NCBI GenBank assembly: GCA_026989495.1 | Contig: JALSJE010000067.1 | Span: 282 to 64,281 of the forward strand | DNA length: 64,000 nucleotides | Direction of reading: 5' to 3' | Origin: Gammaproteobacteria bacterium | Lineage (GTDB): Bacteria > Pseudomonadota > Gammaproteobacteria > S144-34 | Program-made: the position numbers and the translations under genes | Notes under the pieces: generated by a model | Seen by the model: only the letters and a program-made list of their open reading frames with translations | Told to the model about the DNA's origin: nothing | The model's database searches: none | In this document: piece after piece, positions 9,328-18,444 of the stretch | Layout of the letters: each line of letters begins with the position of its first letter | Numbering within the stretch: position 1 is the stretch's first letter

Positions 9328-10550
9328 CGGGCGAGCCTCACCTCCCAGAAGGGGTTGAACAGGTTGGCGTGCTCGCCCTTGCCCGGCAGGGCGAACAGCG
9401 CGCGGTCGGGCCGGCGGTGGTAGACCTGCGCCCGGGCGAGGGCGCGCAGCGGCGCCGGCGCCGCGCCCGGCACGAGCGCACCCGTCTGCAGGCGGCCCGA
9501 AGGCGGCCGCGATGCGAGCGCGCTCACCCACAGCCGCCGGTCGCCGGGACCGTCCCGGAGCGCGTGGTAGCCCGGCACGCCGGCATAGGCCGGATGCAGG
9601 CCGCGGGCCGAAGCCGAGCCCCGGGCGACCGTGCTCCAGCCCGACCAGCCCTTGAAGCACTTGTCCCACCTCCACCAGCTCACCTGCAGCTCGTCGCTCG
9701 CCCGCCAGTCCATCAGGTCGGCGCCGCCCTGCCGCGTGCGGCCCACCTTGCGCACCCGCACCACGAAGGGCACCTTGACCTTCCAGCCGCGCTCGCCCTC
9801 GATCCACCGGCGCGAGCGGTCGAGGGAGGCCCAGCTCAGGGCGGCGATCCGCCCCCCGTCGCCGGCCGGGCCGTAGCGGCGCACGAAGCCCGCGAGCCGC
9901 GCGCCCTCGGCCGCGAGCGAGGCCGAGATCACGGCGCCCTCGGGGCCCTCCTTCGCGAGCTTCGCGAGCTCGGCGGGGCGGTTGACGTCGATGGCCGGGT
10001 CGTGGCGCCGGGCGATCCCGCGCATGAGGCTGCGCAGGGTGAAGGGCTGCAGCGTGGCGCGGGATGCATACTGCGCCATCAGGTAGAGCCGGTTGAGGCC
10101 GTCCACGGCCAAGAGCGCCATGCTCGCCAGATACTTCGTCACCCCATAGCTTGCCGACACCACCTTGCGCGCCGTGCTGGTGGCGGCGTTGACGCCGGGG
10201 ATCCAGGCCGTGAGGAAGGCGACCCTGTCCACCGAGTCGCGCACGTAGCCGAGCCAGGAGACGTAGCTGACCAGGTGGCCTGCGGCGACGTGGTTGGCCA
10301 CCATGGCGCGGTTGGTGTAGGCCATGAAGTTGAGCTGGCGCGCGACCCACAGGCCGCCGCTCCAGGCGGCCGCGTCGGCGGCGTCCTGGAGCTGGGCGCG
10401 CTCGGCGGTGGCCTGGCCGACGTTGTACATCACGAGCGCGCCCGCAAGCCCCGCGCCCAGCAGCGCCAGCGCCAGCACGAGCACTTGCCCGCGCTGGAGG
10501 CGGCAGGCGGGCGGCGGGACCGGTCGGGCCGACGGGGCGCGTTCGGGCAT
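9324..10550 (-). CDS. TadG-like pilus protein (Tad N-terminal domain)
   Basis: QRG|QVLVLALALL..QLQDAADAAAWSG..ARQLNFMAYTNRAMVAN. Confidence 0.85.
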   Translation of the reverse strand: MPERAPSARPVPPPACRLQRGQVLVLALALLGAGLAGALVMYNVGQATAERAQLQDAADAAAWSGGLWVARQLNFMAYTNRAMVANHVAAGHLVSYVSWLGYVRDSVDRVAFLTAWIPGVNAATSTARKVVSASYGVTKYLASMALLAVDGLNRLYLMAQYASRATLQPFTLRSLMRGIARRHDPAIDVNRPAELAKLAKEGPEGAVISASLAAEGARLAGFVRRYGPAGDGGRIAALSWASLDRSRRWIEGERGWKVKVPFVVRVRKVGRTRQGGADLMDWRASDELQVSWWRWDKCFKGWSGWSTVARGSASARGLHPAYAGVPGYHALRDGPGDRRLWVSALASRPPSGRLQTGALVPGAAPAPLRALARAQVYHRRPDRALFALPGKGEHANLFNPFWEVRLAR

Positions 10551-10618
10551 GGCGCGAAACCCTGGCGACGTCCCTGTCACCTCGTACCCTCCCTGTGGAA
10601 CCCTCCTTCTCCGGACCC

Positions 10619-10888
10619 CTACTGCGAGAAGTTCTGCAGGGTCTTCGCCGTGCCGGCGTCGGACTTGGCGTTGCCGGCCGAGGTCTGGGCCGCCGTGGTC
10701 TCCGTCTTGGCCGTGGAGGTGTCGCCGGCGAGCTTGAGGGCCATGGCCGCCATCTGGTGGCGGATCGCGTCGCCGAAGAAGCCGGCCACGGCCACGGTGG
10801 CGACGGCCACCAGCGCGGTGATGACGAGGTACTCGGACATGCCCTGGCCGCGGATGCGGCGGCGATGGGTGCTGGGCTGCTTCCGCAT
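10619..10888 (-). CDS. flp: Flp family major pilin (long type)
   Basis: RRRIRG|QGMSEYLVITALVAVA matches the Flp G|xxxxEY motif; AGAGGAGGA RBS; first gene of the operon. Confidence 0.88.
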   Translation of the reverse strand: MRKQPSTHRRRIRGQGMSEYLVITALVAVATVAVAGFFGDAIRHQMAAMALKLAGDTSTAKTETTAAQTSAGNAKSDAGTAKTLQNFSQ

Positions 10889-11147
10889 GGGGCTTCCTCC
10901 TCTGCTGCCTGCGGCGCGGTGCGGACCGCGCCTTCGTCCATACGGGACGCGAAAGCTACCCAAGGCGTGCCGATGGGCAATTCGAAATTTTTTATGCGCC
11001 ACTCGAAAAACCGGTGTACCAGAAATGAGACACTCGGCCCCGATCACGCGATTCGAGGCATGTGCTGCGGAACCTCAACATCCATTTGCAACTCATTGCT
11101 GGAAAGCTTCTTTCAGCGCCACACCCCTGCCGCAGCCGAGCGCGACG

Positions 11148-11228
11148 TGACGTCAGGCGTCACTTTTTTCATGACGCTCAGCGTCAGTTTTGAAGGGCTT
11201 CGAAGCCACTGAGTGACGCCGCACGTCA
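11148..11228. promoter_or_regulatory. three TGACG-N5-CGTCA palindromic operator/enhancer boxes
   Basis: 11148-11162 TGACGtcaggCGTCA; 11172-11186 TGACGctcagCGTCA; 11214-11228 TGACGccgcaCGTCA; all in the AT-richer divergent spacer. Confidence 0.7.
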
Positions 11229-11353
11229 CCCCCTTTCGGCCCCCTCCCACGGGACGAGCCGACGAACGGCATTGCCGCGCGTGCCTGCGCGGTGCTACAT
11301 AGCCGCGCGCGCAGCGACGGAGCGCCTGCCGCATGGATGGCACGAGAACCGTG

Positions 11354-13294
11354 ATGGAACCTTTCCGCGCCGGCGCCTGGACGGCGCTCGCGCTCCTGGC
11401 CGCCGCGCTCGCCCTCCCGCCGGCCGGGCTCTGGCCCGCGGCGCCGCTCGCCTGGCTCGCCCTCCTGCACGCCCTCGCGGGCTGCGCCAGGCCCCTGCAT
11501 GCGGCGGCGCTGGGCGCGCTCTTCTGTGGCGGGATCGCGGCGCACGCCTTCCTCGGCGCCCTGAGCTACGGACCCGCCGCCTACGCCGGCGGCGTGACGC
11601 TGCTCGCAGTGCTCGGTGCCGCCTTCGGCGCTTGGGCGGGCCGGGCGCTGACGATGCCCCACACCCCCCTGCGCGCAGCGCTCGCCGTGGCCGGCGCCTG
11701 GACGCTGCTCGAGCTCGTCGCGGTCCACGGATTCGGCGTCCCCTTCCTCGCCGCGGCGACGCTGGACGGCCTCGAGGCGCCGCCGACGCTGCTGCGCTGG
11801 GGCGGACCGCACGCGGTGGGCTTCGTGCTGGCGGCCCTGCCGGCCTGGGCCGTGGCGGGCCACCGCGCCCGTCGCGGCAGCGCCGCGACGCTCGCGGTCC
11901 TCGCGACCGGCGGCATCGCCCTGCTCCTCCTTCCGCCCGGCCCCTCCGTCCCGGAGGGCGCGGACGGCGGGGACCTGAAGGTGGCGGTCGTCCAGACGAC
12001 GCTGCCGGGCTGGCGCTTCCGCGAGCCCGGCCTCGCCGGGGCGCGCCGCCGCTACACGGAGGCCATCGCCGCGGCCGCGCGGCGCGCCGCCTCGGGTGCG
12101 CCCGACCTCGTCGTCTGGCCCGAGCTCGGCTACGCCGGCTATCCGTTCCGCGTGCAGGGCTCGCTGGCGCGCCACCTGCCCCGCGGGACGGCACACCTCA
12201 TCACGGTGCCCGACCTCGACCCCGCCGGCCGCGAGCGGCTCGCCGCCTTCCTCGTCGATGCCGAGGGGCAGGTGCGCGCCGTGCAGGGCAAGTCGCAGCT
12301 CGTGCCCTGGATCGAGCGCGCAGGACCCGCGTCCGCCGCCGCAGCGCCATTGCTGGTGGAGGGGTTACGCCGGCCCGGCGTGCTCATCTGCCTGGAGGGC
12401 ACGCTCCCTCACCGCGTGCGGGCCCTGGCGCGCGCCGGCGCCGGCTGGCTCGTGGTGCCGGCGAGCGACGCCTTCGCGGGACCTTCCTGGCTCGCCCTGC
12501 TGTCGGCAGCGCTGGCCCGGCTGAACGCGGCCGCCGTAGGCCTCCCCCTGGTGCGCGCGGCCAACGGCGGCCCCTCCCTGGTCACCGACGCGTCGGGACG
12601 GATCCGCCGGACGCTTCCGCCCTACGGACCAGGCCTCGTCGAGGCGCGGATCGCGGCAGCCGCTGCGCCATCGCCCTACGCGCGCCTGCCCCTCGAGCCC
12701 GGCTGGCCGCTCGCGGCGCTGGCGGCGCTCGGCATCGTGCGCAACCGCAGGCCTCGCTCCCGCGCGGCGCCACAGCGGACTCTTCCGGCCCTGCCCGCCG
12801 CACTGGGACTGCCGATGGGCCTCATGGTCCTGCTCACCTTCACCCAGACGGAGGCCGCCGGCCGGGCGCTGGCTCGGGCAGGCCTGCCGGCACCGGCGGG
12901 ATACCTCTTCCATGGCCATGCCCGCGCGGCCTGGACGGTGCGGTCGCCGCCGGCCTCCGGAGACCCCTTGCGCGAGGCCTATGCCTTCCTGCTGCGCAGG
13001 TACGGGGTGGACAGTCCGCACCCGCCGACGGGCCGGAAGGCTTCCGGAACCGAAGACGGCTGGCACGGGCTCATGCCCTGGCAGGGCACCCCTGCGGGCT
13101 GGACCGACGCCTTCCTGCCCGCGGTGCTGCGGCTGCGGGACGGGGAAGCCGTCGTCGCCCTGGAGATCGAAGGAAAGGCGGCGCGCGTCTGGCACCCGTC
13201 CCGCGGCGTCATGGACAGGGTGCCGCTGGCCGCGCTCCGCGGACCCGGCCTGGCGCTGGCCACGCGGCCGCGCTGGTGGGACTGGCTCCTCTGA
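11354..13294 (+). CDS. lnt: apolipoprotein N-acyltransferase (Lnt)-like protein with C-terminal C39-like domain
   Basis: Multi-TM N-terminus; nitrilase triad PDLVVWPE, GKSQLVPWIE, GVLICLEG; RAANGGPS. Extra C-terminal domain after further TM helices. Confidence 0.8.
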   Translation: MEPFRAGAWTALALLAAALALPPAGLWPAAPLAWLALLHALAGCARPLHAAALGALFCGGIAAHAFLGALSYGPAAYAGGVTLLAVLGAAFGAWAGRALTMPHTPLRAALAVAGAWTLLELVAVHGFGVPFLAAATLDGLEAPPTLLRWGGPHAVGFVLAALPAWAVAGHRARRGSAATLAVLATGGIALLLLPPGPSVPEGADGGDLKVAVVQTTLPGWRFREPGLAGARRRYTEAIAAAARRAASGAPDLVVWPELGYAGYPFRVQGSLARHLPRGTAHLITVPDLDPAGRERLAAFLVDAEGQVRAVQGKSQLVPWIERAGPASAAAAPLLVEGLRRPGVLICLEGTLPHRVRALARAGAGWLVVPASDAFAGPSWLALLSAALARLNAAAVGLPLVRAANGGPSLVTDASGRIRRTLPPYGPGLVEARIAAAAAPSPYARLPLEPGWPLAALAALGIVRNRRPRSRAAPQRTLPALPAALGLPMGLMVLLTFTQTEAAGRALARAGLPAPAGYLFHGHARAAWTVRSPPASGDPLREAYAFLLRRYGVDSPHPPTGRKASGTEDGWHGLMPWQGTPAGWTDAFLPAVLRLRDGEAVVALEIEGKAARVWHPSRGVMDRVPLAALRGPGLALATRPRWWDWLL

Positions 13295-13342
13295 GGCCCG
13301 CGCGGCCTTGGGGACAGGTGACGGAGACGGAGGTTCAGGACC

Positions 13343-14146
13343 ATGGAGGAATGGGTCTGCTTCAAGACCGGGCGCTACCGGCTGGAGCCGCTGGCGCGAG
13401 GGGGCGTGGCCGACCTCGCCCTGGGCTATCATGAAAGCGACGGGTCGGCCGTCACCTTCAAGTTCCTCAAGCCCCAGCTCGCCCGGGTGCCGCACCTGGT
13501 GGGGCAGCTCCAGCTCGAGTACGCGGTGATGCTGGGCTCCCGGCCCGGGCTCCCCCAGGCGGTCGAATGCGGGATCTACGGAGGACGGCCCTACCTGGCA
13601 TACCGCTACGTCCGCGGCGTCTCCGTCCGGCACCTGCTGGATGCCCTGCACCGCGCCGGCCGCGTGCCCTGCGAGTCCACGGCGCGGCGCATCGTGCATG
13701 GGGCCGCCTGCGCGCTGAACGCGCTGCATCGCGGCCGCCCGCCCGTGGCCCACGGCGACCTCAGCCCGGAAAACGTCATCGTGGGCCGGCGCATGGGGGT
13801 GGCGCTGGTGGACCTGGGATGCGCACGGCGGCTGGACCGCCCGACCGCCGATGCGCCGCTGCTGATGGGCAAGCCGCGCTATCTCTCGCCCGAGCAGGCG
13901 CGCGGCGAGCCCTGGGGCGCCCCGAGCGACGTCTATCAGCTCGGGCTGCTGCTCTACGAGATCGTCACGGGCGAGCCGCTCATCGCGCCCTGGCTGGAGG
14001 TGCCGAGCCCGGCCGAGGCGGCCGCGCCCTCCCTCGAGGCGCTCTCGGCGCTGCCTCCCGCGCTGCGCCTGCTGTGCCGGCGCATGCTCGACCCCGATCC
14101 CGCCGCCCGTCCGGGCGCGGCCGCCGTGGCGCGCGCGCTGCGCTGA
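13343..14146 (+). CDS. Hanks-type Ser/Thr protein kinase (soluble, catalytic domain only)
   Basis: LARGGVADL, VTFK, HGDLSPEN, DLG, YLSPEQ, SDVYQLG. Confidence 0.92.
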   Translation: MEEWVCFKTGRYRLEPLARGGVADLALGYHESDGSAVTFKFLKPQLARVPHLVGQLQLEYAVMLGSRPGLPQAVECGIYGGRPYLAYRYVRGVSVRHLLDALHRAGRVPCESTARRIVHGAACALNALHRGRPPVAHGDLSPENVIVGRRMGVALVDLGCARRLDRPTADAPLLMGKPRYLSPEQARGEPWGAPSDVYQLGLLLYEIVTGEPLIAPWLEVPSPAEAAAPSLEALSALPPALRLLCRRMLDPDPAARPGAAAVARALR

Positions 14147-14152
14147 GCGGCT

Positions 14153-14737
14153 TCAGCCGCCGTAGTAGTCAGGCTCGTTGCCCGGCTTCCACTTGATGTT
14201 GCAGCCGAGGCTCGGCTTCTGGTCCTCGGGGACGGGCCGGCCCTCGAGCAGCGCGTCCACCGCCGCGCGCAGGTCCCTGCCCGTCACCGGCGCGTCGTTG
14301 CGCGGGCGCGCGTCGTCGAACTGGCCGCGATAGACCAGCTTGCGGTCCCTGTCGAAGAGGAAGAAGTCGGGTGTGCAGGCCGCCTTGTAGGCCTTGGCCA
14401 CCTCCTGGGTCTCGTCGAAGAGGTACGGGAAGGTGTAGCCCACCTTCTTGACCTCCTCGATCATCCTTTCCGGGCTGTCGTCGGGATAGTTGGCCACGTC
14501 GTTCGAGTTGATGGCGACGATGGCCAGGCCCTTGCGCTGGTACTCGCGGCCGAACTCGGCCAGCGCATGCTGGATGTGCTTCACGTAGGGGCAGTGGTTG
14601 CAGATGAACATCACCAGCAGCCCCGGGGCGTCCCTGAAGTCGTCGATGGAGACCTCGTGCCCCGTGAGCGGCTCGGGCAGCTTGAAGTACGGAGCCGGCG
14701 TGCCCAGCTCCAGCATGGTGGATTCGGTGCGTGCCAC
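14153..14737 (-). CDS. thioredoxin/AhpC-TSA family protein
   Basis: MFICNHCPYV, AACTPDFFLFD..YRGQFDD..PSLGCNIKW. Confidence 0.92.
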   Translation of the reverse strand: MARTESTMLELGTPAPYFKLPEPLTGHEVSIDDFRDAPGLLVMFICNHCPYVKHIQHALAEFGREYQRKGLAIVAINSNDVANYPDDSPERMIEEVKKVGYTFPYLFDETQEVAKAYKAACTPDFFLFDRDRKLVYRGQFDDARPRNDAPVTGRDLRAAVDALLEGRPVPEDQKPSLGCNIKWKPGNEPDYYGG

Positions 14738-14853
14738 TGCGTCTTCCCTCCTGCTCGTGTGGGCCGGTCTGCGGCCGGGGGGCCGCCCCGCGATCGGGCG
14801 CGTATTGTAGCGCGCCTTGCACCGTCCGCTGCCCCGGGCAAGACTGTGCCCCC

Positions 14854-15963
14854 ATGGAGCCGGGGGTTGAAGGCGCGCGGCTGCATGTCGAGCGCGGCGA
14901 TGGCGCCACGCGGCTGCGTGCGCAGGGCCGCTGGACCGTGGACGGCATCGCCGCGCTGGCGCAGGCCCCGGCGCCGGCGCTGCCCGACCGGGGCGAGCTC
15001 GTGCTGGACGGCGGCGCGGTCGAGGCGCTGGACACCGCCGGCGCCTGGCTGCTGTGGCGTCTCATCGGCGGACGGGCGGCGCGGCTCGAGGGCTGGCGCC
15101 CCGGGCAGGCTGCGCTCCTGGAGCTCGTGCGGCGGCATGGCACGGCCTCGGCCCCGCCGCCGGCGCGGCCCGGCCGGCTCGCAAGGCTCGGCGCGCGCGC
15201 GGTACGGCAGGCGCGCGAGGCGGTCTCCCTGGTCTCCTTCGTCGGCGCGGTCACGCTGGAGCTCGCGCGGGCGCTCGCGCGCCCGCGCCGCCTGCGCCTG
15301 CGGCTCGCGCTGGAGGAGGTGCAGCATGCGGGCGTGGAGGCGCTGCCCATCGTCGGGCTGCTCGCCTTCCTCATGGGCATCGTCATCGCCTACCAGGGCG
15401 GCGTGCAGCTGCGCAACTACGGCGCCAACATCTTCGTCGCCGACCTGGTGGGCCTGTCCGTGCTGCGCGAGATCGCCCCCCTCATCACGGCCATCCTGCT
15501 CGCCGGACGCAGCGGATCGGCCTACACGGCCCAGATCGGCACCATGCAGGTGACCGAGGAGATCGACGCCCTGCGCACGCTGGGGCTCTCGCCGCTGGAG
15601 ATCCTGGTGGTGCCGAAGGTGCTGGGGCTGATGCTGGCGCTGCCGCTGCTCACCGTCTATGCCGGGGCGCTGGGCGTGGGCGGAGGCATGATCATGGCCC
15701 AGTGGGTGCTCGAGGTGAGCCCGGCCGCCTTCCTGGAGCGCTTCGAGCAGGCCATCGGCCTCGCCTCCTATCTGGTGGGCGTGGGCAAGGCCCCGGTGTT
15801 CGCGGCCATCATCGCCCTCGTGGGCTGCCACCGCGGCTTCCTCGCCGGCGCCAGCGCCGACAGCGTCGGGCGCCAGACCACCCTCAGCGTGGTGCAGGCG
15901 ATCTTCCTCATCATCGTGGCGGACGCGGCCTTCTCCGTCCTGTTCAGCCGGCTGGGGATATGA
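14854..15963 (+). CDS. mlaE: MlaE-family ABC permease with STAS domain
   Basis: STAS LDTAGAWLL; LREIAPLITAILLAGRSGSAYTAQIGTM..EEIDAL. Confidence 0.9.
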   Translation: MEPGVEGARLHVERGDGATRLRAQGRWTVDGIAALAQAPAPALPDRGELVLDGGAVEALDTAGAWLLWRLIGGRAARLEGWRPGQAALLELVRRHGTASAPPPARPGRLARLGARAVRQAREAVSLVSFVGAVTLELARALARPRRLRLRLALEEVQHAGVEALPIVGLLAFLMGIVIAYQGGVQLRNYGANIFVADLVGLSVLREIAPLITAILLAGRSGSAYTAQIGTMQVTEEIDALRTLGLSPLEILVVPKVLGLMLALPLLTVYAGALGVGGGMIMAQWVLEVSPAAFLERFEQAIGLASYLVGVGKAPVFAAIIALVGCHRGFLAGASADSVGRQTTLSVVQAIFLIIVADAAFSVLFSRLGI

Positions 15964-16748
15964 CGGGCGCAGGCGGCGAGGTCGTGGTCTCCCTGCGCGG
16001 CATCGAGACGCGCTTCGGCAGCCAGCGCGTGCACGCCGGCATCGACCTCGACGTGCGCCGCGGCGAGATCTTCGCGCTCGTGGGCGGAAGCGGCTCCGGC
16101 AAGACCACGCTGCTGCGCGTGATGCTTCTGCTCCACCGTCCCGCGGCCGGTCGGGTGACCCTGCTGGGGCGCGAGGCCGCGCGCATCGGCGGGCACGAGC
16201 TGCCCGCGCTGCGCCGGCGCATGGGCGTGCTCTTCCAGCACGACGCCCTCTTCAGCGGCCTCAGCCTGCTGGACAACGTGCTCGTGCCGCTGCGCGAGCA
16301 CACGCGCCTGCCCCGGGGCTTGATGCGGGAGATCGCCCTGCTCAAGCTTGCGCTCGTGGGCCTGGGGCCCGAAACTGGCCCGCGGCTGCCCGAGGCGCTC
16401 AGCGGCGGCATGCGCAAGCGCGGCGCGCTCGCGCGCGCGCTCGCGCTGGACCCGGAGCTGCTGTTCCTGGACGAGCCGACGGCGGGCCTCGATCCCGTGA
16501 CGGCCGCGGGCTTCGACGAGCTCATCCTGCGGCTGCGCGACAGCCTCGGACTGACGGTGGTGCTGGTGACCCACGACCTCGACACGCTCATGCGCATCGC
16601 CGACCGCGTGGCGCTGCTCGCCGACGGCAGGGTCGCTGCCGTCGGGACCCTGGACGAGGTCCTCGCGAGCGAGGACCCGGCCGCGCGCCGCTTCTTCCAC
16701 GGCCCCCGGGGGCTGGCCGCACGGGAGCGGGCATGGAGCCGCGCCTGA
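15960..16748 (+). CDS. mlaF: MlaF-family ABC ATP-binding protein
   Basis: ATG 15960 overlaps the permease stop; GGSGSGKTT, LSGGMRKR, LFLDEPTAGLD. Confidence 0.92.
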   Translation: MTGAGGEVVVSLRGIETRFGSQRVHAGIDLDVRRGEIFALVGGSGSGKTTLLRVMLLLHRPAAGRVTLLGREAARIGGHELPALRRRMGVLFQHDALFSGLSLLDNVLVPLREHTRLPRGLMREIALLKLALVGLGPETGPRLPEALSGGMRKRGALARALALDPELLFLDEPTAGLDPVTAAGFDELILRLRDSLGLTVVLVTHDLDTLMRIADRVALLADGRVAAVGTLDEVLASEDPAARRFFHGPRGLAARERAWSRA

Positions 16749-17674
16749 GCTACACGGCGGTCGGCCTCTTCGTGCTGCTGCTGGCGGCCGCCTTCGTCGG
16801 CGGCGTGCTGTGGCTGTCGTCGGGCACGCTGCGGCGCGACCACGTGATCTATCACATCTACATGTCCGAGTCCGTCTCGGGCCTGAACGTGGACGCCCCG
16901 GTCAAGTACCGCGGCGTGGACGTGGGCCGGGTCCGGGCCATCGAGCTGGTGCCGGACGGCCCGGTGCAGGTGCGCATCGTGGCCGCGATCCGGCGCGACG
17001 TGCCCATCAAGGCCGACACCGTGGCCACCCTGCGCGTGCAGGGGCTGACCGGCATCGCCTACGTGGAGCTCGAGGGGGGGAGCCGCGAGGCTCCGCCCCT
17101 CGAGGCCCTGCCGGGACAGCCGGCACCCGTGATCCCGAGCCGTCCCTCCTTCCTCGCCCGGCTCGACACGCATCTCGACGAGCTCATCGGCAACCTCAAC
17201 CAGGCCGCGCACGGCGTCGCGCGCCTGCTCGACGAGCGAACCCGTGCCCACCTGCGCCATACGCTCGCCAACCTGGAGCGCCTCACGGCCTCGCTCAACG
17301 AGAGCGTGGCGCGCCTCGACCGCGCGCTGGAGGCGGCCGCCCGCACCGCCGACGCCGCCGCGGACGTGGCCGCGCGCGCGGGGCCGGCGCTCGCCCGCAT
17401 CGAGGCCGCGGCCGCCGCGCTCGAGCGCATGGCCGATCGCCTGGGGCGGACCGGCGAGCGCCTGGGCGACGACTACGGGCGGCTCGCCGGCCATCTGCAG
17501 ACGGCCGCCGAGGAGACCCTGCCCGAGGTGCAGCGCGCGATCGCCGATCTGCGCGAGGCGGCCGCCAGCCTGCGGCACTTCGGGCGCGTGCTGGAGCAGG
17601 ACCCGCGGGTGCTGCTGTTCGGCCTGCCCGAGGCCACCCCGGGTCCCGGCGAGGAGGAGGTCCAGCAGCGATGA
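16733..17674 (+). CDS. mlaD: MCE/MlaD family protein
   Basis: TM followed by ESVSGLNVDAPVKYRGVDVGRV..QGLTGIAYVEL and a long helical C-terminus. Confidence 0.9.
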   Translation: MEPRLSYTAVGLFVLLLAAAFVGGVLWLSSGTLRRDHVIYHIYMSESVSGLNVDAPVKYRGVDVGRVRAIELVPDGPVQVRIVAAIRRDVPIKADTVATLRVQGLTGIAYVELEGGSREAPPLEALPGQPAPVIPSRPSFLARLDTHLDELIGNLNQAAHGVARLLDERTRAHLRHTLANLERLTASLNESVARLDRALEAAARTADAAADVAARAGPALARIEAAAAALERMADRLGRTGERLGDDYGRLAGHLQTAAEETLPEVQRAIADLREAAASLRHFGRVLEQDPRVLLFGLPEATPGPGEEEVQQR

Positions 17675-18444
17675 GGCGCATGCGCGCAAGGTTCTCCGCG
17701 GTGTCCGCCGTGGCACCGGCCTTCCTGGCGCTCCTGCTGCTGGGGGCCTGCACGGGCCTGTCCCAGCGGGCGGTGCATGGAGAGCCGGGCGCGCCCGCGC
17801 GCTTCCTCCTCGCGCCAGCCGTCCCGGCCGAGCCGGAGCGGCCCGGCGCGGGACCCGCCCTCGAGGTCGCGCGCGTGCGGGCGGCAGCAGGCTACGGGAC
17901 CGACGCCATGCTCTACCTGCGCCGCCCGCGCCGGCTCGAGGCCTACGCGCGGGGACGCTGGATGGAGGCGCCCGCGCGCATGCTGCAGCCTGCGCTGGTG
18001 GACGCCCTGGCGGGCTCGGGCCTGTTCCCGGTCGTGGTGCCCGGGCCGGCCTCGGTGCGCGTGCCTCTGCGCCTGGAGACCACGCTGCTGGCCCTGCACC
18101 ACGACCTCACGGGGGCCGTGCCCCAGGTGCGGATCGTGCTGCGGGTGATGCTGGTGGACCGGCACGCGCGGCGCGTGCTCGCCGCCCGGCGCATCGCCGC
18201 CGCCGCCCCGGCCCCGGCCAACGGGGCGGGCGCGATGGCCGACGGCGCCGCCCGCGCCCTCGAGCGGGCGCTCGCGGCGGTGGTGGCCTTCTGCCGCGAG
18301 GTCCTGGCTCAGCCGAAGGCGGTGGCCGACGCGGCGGGCGACACTGCCGCCAGCGCCTCCAGCACCACCTCCGGGTCGGAAGGCCGGCGGCGCGCCTCCT
18401 CCGAGAGCATGCGACGCCAGCGCGCCGCCCCCGGCAGACCCTGA
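17671..18444 (+). CDS. PqiC-like ABC auxiliary lipoprotein
   Basis: ATG 17671, lipobox LLGAC, YARGRWMEAPARML; fourth gene of the MCE operon. Its 3' end overlaps dusA. Confidence 0.8.
   Translation: MRRMRARFSAVSAVAPAFLALLLLGACTGLSQRAVHGEPGAPARFLLAPAVPAEPERPGAGPALEVARVRAAAGYGTDAMLYLRRPRRLEAYARGRWMEAPARMLQPALVDALAGSGLFPVVVPGPASVRVPLRLETTLLALHHDLTGAVPQVRIVLRVMLVDRHARRVLAARRIAAAAPAPANGAGAMADGAARALERALAAVVAFCREVLAQPKAVADAAGDTAASASSTTSGSEGRRRASSESMRRQRAAPGRP

Noticed and set aside
10958-10973. sigma54 promoter for flp as a firm feature
   Set aside because: The -24 GGCACG is present but -12 reads GT rather than GC; kept only as a weak note in the palindrome finding.
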